DNA from: a virus
Lineage: Duplodnaviria > Heunggongvirae > Uroviricota > Caudoviricetes
IMG/VR virus record: IMGVR_UViG_3300045988_150439
DNA: 64,000 bases
Reading direction: 5' to 3' (one strand)
This document shows, piece by piece, positions 28,260 through 37,737 of the stretch. The stretch's first letter is position 1; every line of letters starts with the position of its first letter. Under the pieces are notes generated by a model, which had not been told where the DNA came from, did no database searches, and saw only the letters and a program-made list of their open reading frames with translations. Position numbers and translations under genes: made by a program.

Positions 28260-29204
28260 GTGAATTATCTCTTCGTAGATGGCAATAGCCTGGGTTATTA
28301 CCACCAACAATCTGACAAATTGCACAACGGCGAAATGGAAGTTCAGGCTGCTTTCGGCTTTGTTAAGAACGTCCGTCGTTATGCCTCCATCCTCCATGCC
28401 CGACCTATGATTCTTTGGGATGGATTTAGTGACAAGCGTCGCGACTTTTACCCGGACTACAAAGCAAATCGCGACGACGATCCTGATATGAAAAAGATGA
28501 AGGAAGGCTTTGCTGTCCAGAAGCCATACATCCTCAAAATGATGACCGCGCTTGGTGTTAACCAAATCATTGCAAAAGATGCAGAAGCGGATGATCTGGC
28601 CGGACTGCTGGTATCCCGCATGGCACCGCAGCCAACCGTTGAACACATCTATCTATTAACAGGCGATAGCGACTGGCTTCAGTTAGTTCGCGAAAACGTA
28701 AGCTGGGTAAGCCTGCGTGAAGACGCCAAAAACAAGCAGGTTAATTTTGAGCAATTTGCGGAGCTGACAGGATTCGCCACGCCTCGCGCATTTTTGGAAG
28801 CAAAAGCATTACAAGGCGATAACTCGGACAACATTAGCGGTGTTGGTGGCATTGGTGCTGGCGGTGCGAAAGAGCTGCTGCATGAATGGGGAAGTGTCGC
28901 AACGATGGTACGCGGCATCAACGACGGCTCAATCGTGGTTAATAAAGGGCGTCATAAGACCGCCTTCAACAAACTAGCGAAGAATGCCTTCAACGAGAAA
29001 ACAGGCTGTCGAATGCTCGAAGCGTTCAAGAGAAACATCACGCTAATGAACCTGATTGAGACGAAGTTTCCGCCTACCGAAATCGAAACAATCAAAGGCA
29101 ATCGTGACGTGAAAGCATTCGAGCAACTGTGCTACGAGCTGAATTTCCGTTCGTTCCTTGAAGACCTTGAAGTGTTTGTTCTTCCATTCGAAAGGTATTG
29201 CTAA
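28260..29204 (+). CDS. 5'-3' exonuclease / flap endonuclease (FEN family)
   Basis: N-terminal VNYLFVDGNSLGYY and later acidic clusters typical of the family; start placed at the in-frame GTG after the terminator rather than at the track start (28209). Confidence 0.6.
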   Translation: MNYLFVDGNSLGYYHQQSDKLHNGEMEVQAAFGFVKNVRRYASILHARPMILWDGFSDKRRDFYPDYKANRDDDPDMKKMKEGFAVQKPYILKMMTALGVNQIIAKDAEADDLAGLLVSRMAPQPTVEHIYLLTGDSDWLQLVRENVSWVSLREDAKNKQVNFEQFAELTGFATPRAFLEAKALQGDNSDNISGVGGIGAGGAKELLHEWGSVATMVRGINDGSIVVNKGRHKTAFNKLAKNAFNEKTGCRMLEAFKRNITLMNLIETKFPPTEIETIKGNRDVKAFEQLCYELNFRSFLEDLEVFVLPFERYC

Positions 29205-29470
29205 TGCTTAAATCGATTATTAATGGCGCTACAACCACCCCTACCCAACTGGCAAAAGAGATTGTCTTTTATCACGGTGAATACGCTGTCATCGCACTGC
29301 CGTCAATTCTGGGCGCTGCCGGAATGAAAGCGACAGATCGCGAGTTTGGATTAGTCAGCGAGCAGGTCGTAAAAATCCTCGCTCGTGTATCCAGACTCCT
29401 TAATCACGATGCGATTGTATTCGACGAATCCGCCGCTTTAAAACGAATCAACGAAACAAAAGGAGCCTGA
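29198..29470 (+). CDS. hypothetical protein
   Basis: 90 aa ORF between the FEN and RecA genes. Confidence 0.35.
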   Translation: MLMLKSIINGATTTPTQLAKEIVFYHGEYAVIALPSILGAAGMKATDREFGLVSEQVVKILARVSRLLNHDAIVFDESAALKRINETKGA

Positions 29471-29472
29471 TC

Positions 29473-31812
29473 ATGGCAAAAGGAAAATCCGCACTGGCAC
29501 TTGCTCTGAAAAAGAAAATCGGTAGCAACGACGAAATTCAGAAAGTAACTCATTGGATTGACACAGGCTTTCCTCCGTTAAACAAAGCTATTTCCGGTCG
29601 TTACGATGGCGGTTTCCCATGTGGTCGTATCGTAGAAGTATTCGGGCCACCAAGCGCGGGGAAATGTGTTACCGCAGACACCATGCTGCTGACGGAGCGT
29701 GGAATGGTAACAGTGAAAGAGTTGTTTGAGATTGAAGGGTACAAAGCGACATGCACTACTCGCGATGTAGAGCATAACGTTGGACTCATCAATGAAAATG
29801 GCGTGATAGAGAAGACCTCACACCTGACATGGAACAACCGTCGCAAATTCAAGCGTATTAAGCTGGCATCAGGCGGTTATATCGAGGCTACGTTCCGTCA
29901 CCCAATCCGTGTGGTTGACGACTTAGGTAATGTCGTCTGGCGACATGCTGAAAAAATCAGTGTAGGCGACACGATTCCTTCAATGGTTGGCACACATCAA
30001 TTCGGCGATCAGCACCTGGATGCCAATATCGCAAAACTGATGGGCTATTTAATTGCTGACGGATACGTGGCCTCTGAAAATTCAGTGAATTTTTCTAACA
30101 CAGATCCTTTCATCAAGGATGAGTACTACCGCCTCATTTCGCTGGTATCAGACAAGATGCCAGTTACGAGAAAACATAACGGCTCGGAAGACCATGTGCT
30201 GTTTAGCAAAGAGGTGCGTTCGCTGCTTTTTAAAGAATATGGTCTGGAGTATGAGAAAGCTGCTGGCAAGCAGGTTCCGTTGAGTGTGCGTCGCGCCAAT
30301 AGCGAGGCTCAAATTGCATTCCTTCGCGGCTACTTTGAGCTGGAATGCCACGTCAATGATGGTCGCTGCATTGAGGTTGTGAGCGCGAGTGGGCTGCTGC
30401 TACAGCAAATTCGCCTCATGCTCCTGAATCTGGGGATTACGTCAACTATCTCTGAAAAACACGTCGCGGGTTATGAAAATACATATTACCGGCTGTCATT
30501 CAGTGGCTCTAATTACGACCTTTTTCTGTCAACGATTGGTTTCGAATCTCCGGCACGTTTATCAGTGGCAACCAAACGGGACATTGGTTTTGACCGCACT
30601 TACTCAGGCTATGTTCCGCACATCAGCGGCTTAGTGAAATCACTCTACGAGTCGCTCACCAAGACCACCCGTGAAGACTACGCTCTGGTAGACCACGTTA
30701 TTGGCCGCGGCGATCGTGTCGGAATAGACAAACTGCGAGAAATCTATGTCTCCTTCATTGGCAGAAAGAATCGTTTTAACGAGCATCTGTTTGCACAACT
30801 GGCAGCGGTAATTGGCTCTAACTTGTTCTACGACGAAGTCGTGGCTATTGAGGAAGGTGAAGCACCAACGTTCGACGTAGCGATGCCGGAAACACACTCT
30901 TTCTGGTCTAACGGGATTATCAGCCACAACACATTCCTTGCAACAGCAGCGATGATCTCCGCACAGAAACAAGATGGTCTGGCGGTATTCCTCGATCATG
31001 AGAACAGTTTTGACGTTGGCCTGGCTGTAGCCAATGGCCTGAACGCAGATGAGGATGACGGTCAGTGGGTATACAAGCAGCCAGATACCTTCGAAGACTC
31101 TGTAGAGTTGATCGGCACAATACTTAAATTGGTTCGTGATGAAGAGCTTATCCCCGAATCAGCACCTATCTGTATCGTGGCTGACTCTCTTGCGTCTATG
31201 GTTCCGAACTCCAAAGCCGAGAAGTTCGAAAAGATGGCTGAAGGCACTGCCAAAGACAAAGATCAGCTAAACATGAACGACAATACGGCACTGGCTCGTG
31301 CGACGAGTGCGAACTTCCCTACTCTGGCTTTGTGGGCACGCAAATACAACGCCTGCATCATCTTCTTGAATCAGGTTCGCACAAAAATCGGTGTAATGTT
31401 TGGCGACCCTACTACGTCGCCAGGTGGAGATTCACCGAAGTTCTACGCTTCTGTACGTATCCGTCTTGGTGCATCGGTGATGAAGGATGGTAAAGAGAAG
31501 ATCGGCCAGGACGTAGGCGCAGAATGCATCAAAAACAAAGTTGCACCACCGTATGGCAAATGCACCTGGAAATTCTACTTCGATCCTACTCGTGGCCTCG
31601 ACGTTATCGAATCGCTCGTCGAGTACATGCTGGAAGAAGGATACCTGCCAAAGAACGCCAGCGGGCGAGTTGAAATTGGTGACAAGAAATACACCAAATC
31701 GCAGATCGTCGAGATGTATCGGGAGAAGCCATTAGCAGAAATCATTGCTGCGTTACAGACGATAGATGACCGACGAGAGAAGACATCACCAACAGAAGAA
31801 CTAGAAGATTAA
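29473..31812 (+). CDS. recA: RecA-family recombinase interrupted by an intein
   Basis: N-extein ends GRIVEVFGPPSAGK; C-extein begins TFLATAAMISAQKQ and carries ICIVADSLASM, IIFLNQVRTKIGVMFGDPTTSPGG and KFYASVRIRL, all RecA signatures. Confidence 0.8.
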   Translation: MAKGKSALALALKKKIGSNDEIQKVTHWIDTGFPPLNKAISGRYDGGFPCGRIVEVFGPPSAGKCVTADTMLLTERGMVTVKELFEIEGYKATCTTRDVEHNVGLINENGVIEKTSHLTWNNRRKFKRIKLASGGYIEATFRHPIRVVDDLGNVVWRHAEKISVGDTIPSMVGTHQFGDQHLDANIAKLMGYLIADGYVASENSVNFSNTDPFIKDEYYRLISLVSDKMPVTRKHNGSEDHVLFSKEVRSLLFKEYGLEYEKAAGKQVPLSVRRANSEAQIAFLRGYFELECHVNDGRCIEVVSASGLLLQQIRLMLLNLGITSTISEKHVAGYENTYYRLSFSGSNYDLFLSTIGFESPARLSVATKRDIGFDRTYSGYVPHISGLVKSLYESLTKTTREDYALVDHVIGRGDRVGIDKLREIYVSFIGRKNRFNEHLFAQLAAVIGSNLFYDEVVAIEEGEAPTFDVAMPETHSFWSNGIISHNTFLATAAMISAQKQDGLAVFLDHENSFDVGLAVANGLNADEDDGQWVYKQPDTFEDSVELIGTILKLVRDEELIPESAPICIVADSLASMVPNSKAEKFEKMAEGTAKDKDQLNMNDNTALARATSANFPTLALWARKYNACIIFLNQVRTKIGVMFGDPTTSPGGDSPKFYASVRIRLGASVMKDGKEKIGQDVGAECIKNKVAPPYGKCTWKFYFDPTRGLDVIESLVEYMLEEGYLPKNASGRVEIGDKKYTKSQIVEMYREKPLAEIIAALQTIDDRREKTSPTEELED
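29665..30930 (+). mobile_element. intein with LAGLIDADG homing-endonuclease domain, inserted in the RecA P-loop
   Basis: Begins with Cys (CVTADTMLL), ends SHN followed by Thr; two LAGLIDADG-type motifs (LMGYLIADGYV and FLRGYFELECHV); removing the 422 codons restores GPPSAGKT. Confidence 0.75.
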
Positions 31813-31816
31813 TTAT

Positions 31817-31843
31817 CAGGCGTCCAAACGGACGCCTTTTTTG
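31817..31843 (+). terminator. Rho-independent terminator after recA
   Basis: ggcgtcc-aaac-ggacgcc followed by six T. Confidence 0.75.
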
Positions 31844-31905
31844 TATGTTGAAAATGTATAAGCACTTACTTATCATTAGCACACAATAACCACATAGGAA
31901 AACAC

Positions 31906-32106
31906 ATGATCAAACTCTATCTTATGGCAGTAGTTACAGGTCTATCTGTAGTTTTCATCTACTGTTTGCTGGTTCCGTCGCTGATCTCTACTAAAAGCGA
32001 CATTGCCGTAATGCTTGGAATCATCGTTGCTTTTGGCGCTCCTGTGATCGGGTTTATTGCAGGTCGTAAGTTTCTAAAGTCACTCATCAATTCGAAGGAG
32101 AAGTAA
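31906..32106 (+). CDS. small membrane protein (possible NfeD-like partner of the SPFH protein)
   Basis: 66 aa with two hydrophobic segments; ends 4 bp before the SPFH gene. Confidence 0.4.
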   Translation: MIKLYLMAVVTGLSVVFIYCLLVPSLISTKSDIAVMLGIIVAFGAPVIGFIAGRKFLKSLINSKEK

Positions 32107-32109
32107 GTA

Positions 32110-32940
32110 ATGAAGAAAGGTTTACTGGCAGTGATCGTGGCCGCTGTTTGCACAATGGGTCTTACTGGCTGTGATCGCGTGGAGCCTGGATACGTTGGCA
32201 TCAAAGTAAACAAATTAGGTGAAGACAAAGGGATTGGTGAAGTGGTTGGCGTTGGTCGCCAATGGACAGGTCTTAACACCGAACTTTACGTATTCCCGAC
32301 CTTCAAACAAATGAAGACCTACGACGAGCCGTTCACATTCCAGATGAGTGACGGTACTGCTATTGGTCACAAAATTGGCGTTGCGTATCTGGTTAATCGT
32401 GACAAGGTAACGACGGTGTTCCAGACCTATCGCAAAGGCGTAGACGATATCACCGAATCAGATCTGCGTCAGAAAATTGCCGACTCTCTAAACCGTTTGG
32501 CAAGCCGTATGACCACTGACTCATTTATCGACGGTGGTAAGGCACAATTGCTGGACAACGCACTGAAAGATATTCAGAAAGAGATGTCTCCGGTTGGTAT
32601 TGAGGTACTGAGCTTGTCATGGGTTGGAAAGCCTGATTACCCAAAAACCGTCATTGAGTCTATTAACGCCAAAGTAACGGCTAACCAGCGTACTCTGCAA
32701 CGTCAGCAGGAAGTTGAACAACGTAAAGCTGAGGCGAATATGCTACGTGAACAGGCTAATGGTGAAGCTGATGCTATCCGTGCTCGTGCGCAAGCAGAAG
32801 CAGACGCCATTCGTCTGCGCGGTGAAGCTCTGCGTCAAAACCCGAACGTTATGGAGCTGGAAGCCATCAATAAATGGAATGGCCAGTTACCGCAGTACAT
32901 GACTCAAGGGGCTAACACTCCTTTCATTACAGTGAAATAA
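32110..32940 (+). CDS. SPFH/band-7 (prohibitin/stomatin-like) lipoprotein
   Basis: Lipobox LTGC in the signal peptide (MKKGLLAVIVAAVCTMGLTGCD); SPFH-like core and charged coiled-coil C-terminus. Confidence 0.6.
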   Translation: MKKGLLAVIVAAVCTMGLTGCDRVEPGYVGIKVNKLGEDKGIGEVVGVGRQWTGLNTELYVFPTFKQMKTYDEPFTFQMSDGTAIGHKIGVAYLVNRDKVTTVFQTYRKGVDDITESDLRQKIADSLNRLASRMTTDSFIDGGKAQLLDNALKDIQKEMSPVGIEVLSLSWVGKPDYPKTVIESINAKVTANQRTLQRQQEVEQRKAEANMLREQANGEADAIRARAQAEADAIRLRGEALRQNPNVMELEAINKWNGQLPQYMTQGANTPFITVK

Positions 32941-32956
32941 CTCCCCTTAAAAGTTC

Positions 32957-32983
32957 AGGCGTCCAGTTGGACGCCTTTTTTAT
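32957..32983 (+). terminator. Rho-independent terminator, near-identical to the one after recA
   Basis: ggcgtcc-agtt-ggacgcc followed by six T. Confidence 0.75.
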
Positions 32984-33031
32984 CGCAATTATCTTATTAA
33001 GAAAATAATTTGTTTAAAAGGATAAGAAAAC

Positions 33032-33457
33032 ATGACTGCTATTAAGAAACTCTACGATGCCGCAAACGTGGCTCTGGATGTTATTGATGATGAAGTAGCA
33101 AAAGGCTTTCCTGAACCTGATTGGGCGCATCAGCTACGAAACGCTATCGCAGAAATGACCCCACCAGATCCAACCCCCGACGAGACAGACTGGCAGCGAT
33201 TCATCCGTATGTACGCTCAGGAAATAGGCCCAACGCCAACGGCAGAGCAGGCAATGCTGCTGAAATACTTCAAAGAGGCGGGAGAGGATTTACCAATTGA
33301 TGACTCAGCATATTGGTTCCACTGCGCATGGCGTAAGTATGACGTGATATTCACGCAAGGTATGGGAAGCAAAGATATGGTTGTGTGGCATCTACTCCAT
33401 ATAGACACAGCCGTTGACAGAGTTATTGAACAGTTTTTCCCTAAACAAGAAGATTGA
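33032..33457 (+). CDS. hypothetical protein
   Basis: 141 aa; preceded by the gaaaataatttgttt motif and the conserved start context. Confidence 0.45.
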   Translation: MTAIKKLYDAANVALDVIDDEVAKGFPEPDWAHQLRNAIAEMTPPDPTPDETDWQRFIRMYAQEIGPTPTAEQAMLLKYFKEAGEDLPIDDSAYWFHCAWRKYDVIFTQGMGSKDMVVWHLLHIDTAVDRVIEQFFPKQED

Positions 33458-33512
33458 TCGCCTATTCGTAACTAACAAAATAAGTAAACACTAACCACAA
33501 AAGGAAAAACAC

Positions 33513-33788
33513 ATGAGAGTTTTAGTTCGAATCGTTACCAGCACTGTCTATGACGTGTTTCCGCTTTTTATGGTCAAAGCCGATGGCCTTAACGACGAAG
33601 AAACTGACGCGCTTATCCAGCGTATTCTCGTTGAATATACAGGTCATGACGCTGATTCAGTGATGGTTGATGATGATGGTGTTTGTTGGCATAACGGCAA
33701 CTGTTGGTACGTAGAAGAGACTCAACAAATCAGTGATGAAGATGCCGCACATCTTGAGCGTATTTTAAGCATCAGCACTTTTGAGTGA
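33513..33788 (+). CDS. hypothetical protein
   Basis: 91 aa; start context aaaaggaaaaacacATG. Confidence 0.4.
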   Translation: MRVLVRIVTSTVYDVFPLFMVKADGLNDEETDALIQRILVEYTGHDADSVMVDDDGVCWHNGNCWYVEETQQISDEDAAHLERILSISTFE

Positions 33789-34003
33789 GTTTACAGTAAA
33801 ATTTATATAAGTTAGTATCTACCTATCATGAAGATTTTTATTGAATACTTGTTACTCATCGTGTCAATAGCTTTTGTCATCGACTGCATTTTCACTGGTG
33901 TCATTCGTAAAGTCTTTTCCCCGGTGAACGACGTAGTCATAAACGCTTTGGCTATCGTGCTCGTATTTAATTCAGCATTTGATGTAATCAAAGAGGTGGC
34001 AGC

Positions 34004-34339
34004 ATGAAGGCCATCCCATTCGCGCTGTTGTTCCTTTCTTCGATCGTTGTGGCCGACACCACTGTTTATCAGTGTGAAATGTCTGTAGCCGACGTTAAGA
34101 ATGGCTCTCTTACCGACGTCATAAAAGCACCATATGGAGCGATGGTCGTAGACAGCGGCGACCAGTTCTATGTTGTGCGTGACGATCGAGTATTGTCATC
34201 CCCATATCTCACAAACCGTAATGGCAAATTAACCGGCGTCGGAGAAGACCACTTCGTATACAACAAATACAAGGGCTTCTATGGCGTTCACGCTTCTCAG
34301 CAAAGCTACCTTTTCGATGACTGCAAGGAGGTTGGATAA
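34004..34339 (+). CDS. secreted hypothetical protein
   Basis: N-terminal signal peptide MKAIPFALLFLSSIVVA. Confidence 0.45.
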   Translation: MKAIPFALLFLSSIVVADTTVYQCEMSVADVKNGSLTDVIKAPYGAMVVDSGDQFYVVRDDRVLSSPYLTNRNGKLTGVGEDHFVYNKYKGFYGVHASQQSYLFDDCKEVG

Positions 34340-34551
34340 TGGCATTAACACTGGCAGGTCTGGAAATCGAGAAAACAAGCGGATACTGGCGTGCTAAGGG
34401 TTTCAAGCAGCCTGGCGTTCTTGAGCGTCTGGAACGTGAAGATGGGTATATCGTCCACCAGCGGCGTGAATGGCGTATGTACGATCCAGAAACAGGAAAA
34501 CTGACTACAAAAGCCGGAACACTTTGGGGCCTGTTGAAGAAAATACACTAA
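34339..34551 (+). CDS. hypothetical small protein
   Basis: 70 aa ORF overlapping the previous stop. Confidence 0.35.
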   Translation: MALTLAGLEIEKTSGYWRAKGFKQPGVLERLEREDGYIVHQRREWRMYDPETGKLTTKAGTLWGLLKKIH

Positions 34552-34558
34552 TAGCACC

Positions 34559-35036
34559 AACCACTGCGGTGAGTAGCCAGCTCACCGCATTCGTATCAGC
34601 TCATTATCCACTGTGGTCTGCAGTCCTCTCTTCCTACATATCTGCTAACCACTGTAGCGAGTAGACAACCTTTCATTCGTATCAAACAACCACTATGGTG
34701 AGTATTGGAGTGAGATGTCCAGCGAGTATCCACTATGGTGAGTAAGCCTTTGCTGTTTTCAGTGGATATCCACTCGCCACAGTGGATACGCTCAAAGATG
34801 AGGGCGACAACAACCACTATAGACAGTAAATTTTCCAAGATACCCAGTGACCACTAACCTCGCAGCCCTTGTTTCATCAGTGTTAGTGATCACTAACATT
34901 TAATTCAGTATTTGCATTCTACTGCCTACAGTGGTTATCAACAGATAACGATACTCACTATAGTGGATAGCGAATTACAGATATAAGTAAGGCTCACTAC
35001 AGTGGATAGTGAGCCTTACTACTAACTACAGTGGTT
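34559..35036. repeat. iteron array downstream of the rep gene (incA-like control locus)
   Basis: About a dozen copies of CCACTRYRG / CYRYAGTGG in both orientations (e.g. aaccactatggtgagta, ctcactacagtggatag). Confidence 0.6.
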
Positions 35037-35039
35037 GGG

Positions 35040-36095
35040 CTATTTGCGAGTCTTTGCCTTGCGCAACTCTTCGAGAAGCGCCAGTTCTTCTTTACTCAAC
35101 ATGACCATTTTGCCTTCTTTTTCGTCAGGCACAACGTCGATAATGTCATCTTGATTCTCATCTGGGAGGCTATATTCCGTCTCATCATTATCGATTTTTG
35201 TTGATATTTGTGCCTGGCGTAACTTTGGCCGCCTATAGTGGATGACGAAGTAGACCGAGTTTCCGCGCTTAACTTCCGTGTAATCGAGATATCCTATCTC
35301 TCGCAGCTGTTCCATAGCCTTTCTTACCGTCGCATTCTGAGTAATAGTGCGACTTGTCAGATTAAGTCTGGCGCGTAAACGGGCTAGTGATATTGGTGCC
35401 GGATCAGGCGGCAAACTTTCAATAAAAGTATAAAGCGCCTGAGCGGATTCTTTTCTTGAGAGTTCGTTTATAGCCCGGAGTTGCAGAAGAACCTTTTTGT
35501 CGAACTGGTAGAGTTCGAAAATCTTGGGATCTGCTTTCAGTTCGACCGTATCGTGCTTGACACTATATTTTGCCGTTTGCACAAGATGCGTTACGTAAAA
35601 CTCATCAGAGCCTTTGCTACGGAACGAGATGGTATTTGTGGCAATACGGCTTAGCGAACTGTCCAGGCGTTTGCGTAACTTCGCTGATGACCTGGCGGTC
35701 GGAATGCCACACAGCCTTACAAACTCAACGAACGGCAGCGTGACAGTATCGCCAACGACCTTGTGTTTGGCAAACGCGTGGATTATTCCCACCCACGTTT
35801 TAAAGTCGTTATCCATATCAAGCCGAAGGCCAGAGATCCTTATGTCTTCGTACCCTTCGGCTTTTGCCAGAGACAGCTGTTTGAGTTCAGCAGAGGCATC
35901 CATAGAGACCATTTGCCCCTTTCTTCCTCTGGATGTCGATTTCAGCGTCGGAACGAAGAGGCCCAGACGCATCAAAGCAACAGGCTGAACAGTGTTATTA
36001 GTGTTAGGAACCAACGTAACAACTTCGCCTGTCTTTTTATCTGTTTCTGAAAATGCTTCAACGATCGCTATGTTTTTATTGCCGTTTTCGCTCAT
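35040..36095 (-). CDS. repA: RepA-like iteron-binding replication initiator
   Basis: 351 aa minus-strand gene bracketed on both sides by iteron arrays with matching core sequence; assignment is by context, not by a recognised protein motif. Confidence 0.55.
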   Translation of the reverse strand: MSENGNKNIAIVEAFSETDKKTGEVVTLVPNTNNTVQPVALMRLGLFVPTLKSTSRGRKGQMVSMDASAELKQLSLAKAEGYEDIRISGLRLDMDNDFKTWVGIIHAFAKHKVVGDTVTLPFVEFVRLCGIPTARSSAKLRKRLDSSLSRIATNTISFRSKGSDEFYVTHLVQTAKYSVKHDTVELKADPKIFELYQFDKKVLLQLRAINELSRKESAQALYTFIESLPPDPAPISLARLRARLNLTSRTITQNATVRKAMEQLREIGYLDYTEVKRGNSVYFVIHYRRPKLRQAQISTKIDNDETEYSLPDENQDDIIDVVPDEKEGKMVMLSKEELALLEELRKAKTRK

Positions 36096-36139
36096 TCCAA
36101 ATGTCTCTTGTTATTCGACGGCTTTGGTGGCCTTTGCTG

Positions 36140-36257
36140 ATTACAGTGGATAGTAGCACTCATCACAGCGGTTATCCTACCGTCTATAGTGGTTTTTCTC
36201 CTCTCTATAGTGGTTGCTTTGCTCCCTATAGTGGATTATTCGCTCTCTATAGTGGAT
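36140..36257. repeat. origin iterons, set A (about 21-bp phasing)
   Basis: gattacagtggatag, cgtctatagtggtt, ctctctatagtggtt, ctccctatagtggatt, ctctctatagtggatat at roughly two-turn spacing. Confidence 0.6.
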
Positions 36258-36367
36258 ATCGATCATGTCTGAAGGCAGATGGCACAACGGTTTGAGGTGG
36301 GCGGGGATCTTATTGGGTCTTTATGGGTCTCTTTGGTTCTCTTTGTGATCTGAATTACTGGATCGGG

Positions 36368-36376
36368 CCTGTGGAT
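36368..36376. promoter_or_regulatory. DnaA box (tgtggataa) within the origin region
   Basis: Exact match to the reverse complement of TTATCCACA; further 8/9 matches at about 36416, 36512 and 36743; flanked by GATC clusters and an AT-rich stretch. Confidence 0.45.
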
Positions 36377-36538
36377 AAAAATCAGAGGATTTCAAGAACA
36401 GGTAACTCTACTCTTCTGTGGATATTTAAGGACATAAGAATCATGACTAAGAGTAGAGTTTAAAATATATCTATGTATATCAGTATGTTAATGAAGAATT
36501 AAGTCATTAAGTTATCCATAAAAGACAATGTGCTCTAC

Positions 36539-36640
36539 TCTCTACAGTGGATATATACAGCTCTCCAGAGTGGTTGTTTTACTCTTCATAGCGGTTATTC
36601 AGCTCTCTACAGAGGTTTCTTTGCTCTCCATAGTGGATGG
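36539..36640. repeat. origin iterons, set B (about 21-bp phasing)
   Basis: ctctctacagtggatat, ctctccagagtggttg, ctcttcatagcggtta, ctctctacagaggttt, ctctccatagtggatgg; followed by a GATC-rich stretch at 36665-36745. Confidence 0.6.
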
Positions 36641-36838
36641 CAACACCCTTTCAGACCAGTAACCGCAACGGCTAGAGGCGATCGGGGATCTCTTTGGATC
36701 TTCTATTTGATCTTACTTGGGATCTCTTATTTGGATCTATCCAGTGGATAACTGGGATAAGTAAAACAGGCAAATGCAGATTAAGGTATGCCTAATGAGT
36801 TATCGTAGCATCGGCCAATAACTACTGAAAAAACGATT

Positions 36839-37483
36839 ATGGATCTAAAACGCACGCGCTGGGTTCGTCGTCTTGAGGACGGCTCCTACACTATCGAATC
36901 AAATTCCAACCTGAATAAGCAGAAGTTACTTTGTGATATCTGCGGTATAGCGGCGAAGTGCCCGATCTACGAAACCAGAATTAAACTTGATAAGGCTGGT
37001 GTGAACTTTCATTTGAATAGTTGTATCAGGTACGTTCCATTGCTCGCATTTCGTAAACCGATCATCGGATTGGATGCGCCCTACTTCAACACACTCCGTT
37101 CAGGAGTAACGTGGCGAGATCGTTTATCACCAGACAAGCTGATTTGCCTCGTATCCGCAGACACAGGGAAAATCATCCGTTTTGGGAAAGTAGACAAGGT
37201 TTACTCAGGCCCAGTTGACGAGATGTTGCGGAAACACAGCCGGTTTAATCACCTCTGCATGGGTGGTGAGAAAATCGAGAAGGTTGAAGAAGTGATCCGC
37301 AAATCCTACGGACACTTCCTGACCAAAGATAGCCTGCTCACTGCAATCTACATCAGACATGTAAAACGTGAGTTCGACCTTGAATACCATAGCGAAGAAG
37401 AACTGAACCTTGTCGATCCACGTCCTAAAGCTGGCGTCATAAGCATAAATGCAGCGCGTAAAAAGCCCACTGACGCGCTGTAA
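36839..37483 (+). CDS. hypothetical protein
   Basis: 214 aa ORF after the origin region. Confidence 0.45.
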   Translation: MDLKRTRWVRRLEDGSYTIESNSNLNKQKLLCDICGIAAKCPIYETRIKLDKAGVNFHLNSCIRYVPLLAFRKPIIGLDAPYFNTLRSGVTWRDRLSPDKLICLVSADTGKIIRFGKVDKVYSGPVDEMLRKHSRFNHLCMGGEKIEKVEEVIRKSYGHFLTKDSLLTAIYIRHVKREFDLEYHSEEELNLVDPRPKAGVISINAARKKPTDAL

Positions 37484-37737
37484 CCCTCCAGATCGTATAT
37501 TGGCGTAGATAGAATCTACGCCCCCTCAAAATAGCTCTCATAGCGTTCTACAGTGATCCTGTCTTATTTTTAGTCATACAGACAAGCAAAGTTGCGCCAC
37601 GATAAATAGGTATATACTTACTTATAAATTTTGTATATTAAGGCGCTCGTTTCATTCCTAACATACCGTTATGCATAGTTGTTTACCTTCTCATTGCTCT
37701 TAAAATTTGTATCAAAATAACCACAAAGGAAAAACAC

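Noticed and set aside
36053-36751. Plus-strand ORFs (80 and 73 aa) in the iteron/origin region
   Set aside because: Translations are repeats of SGY/YSG generated by the iterons themselves.
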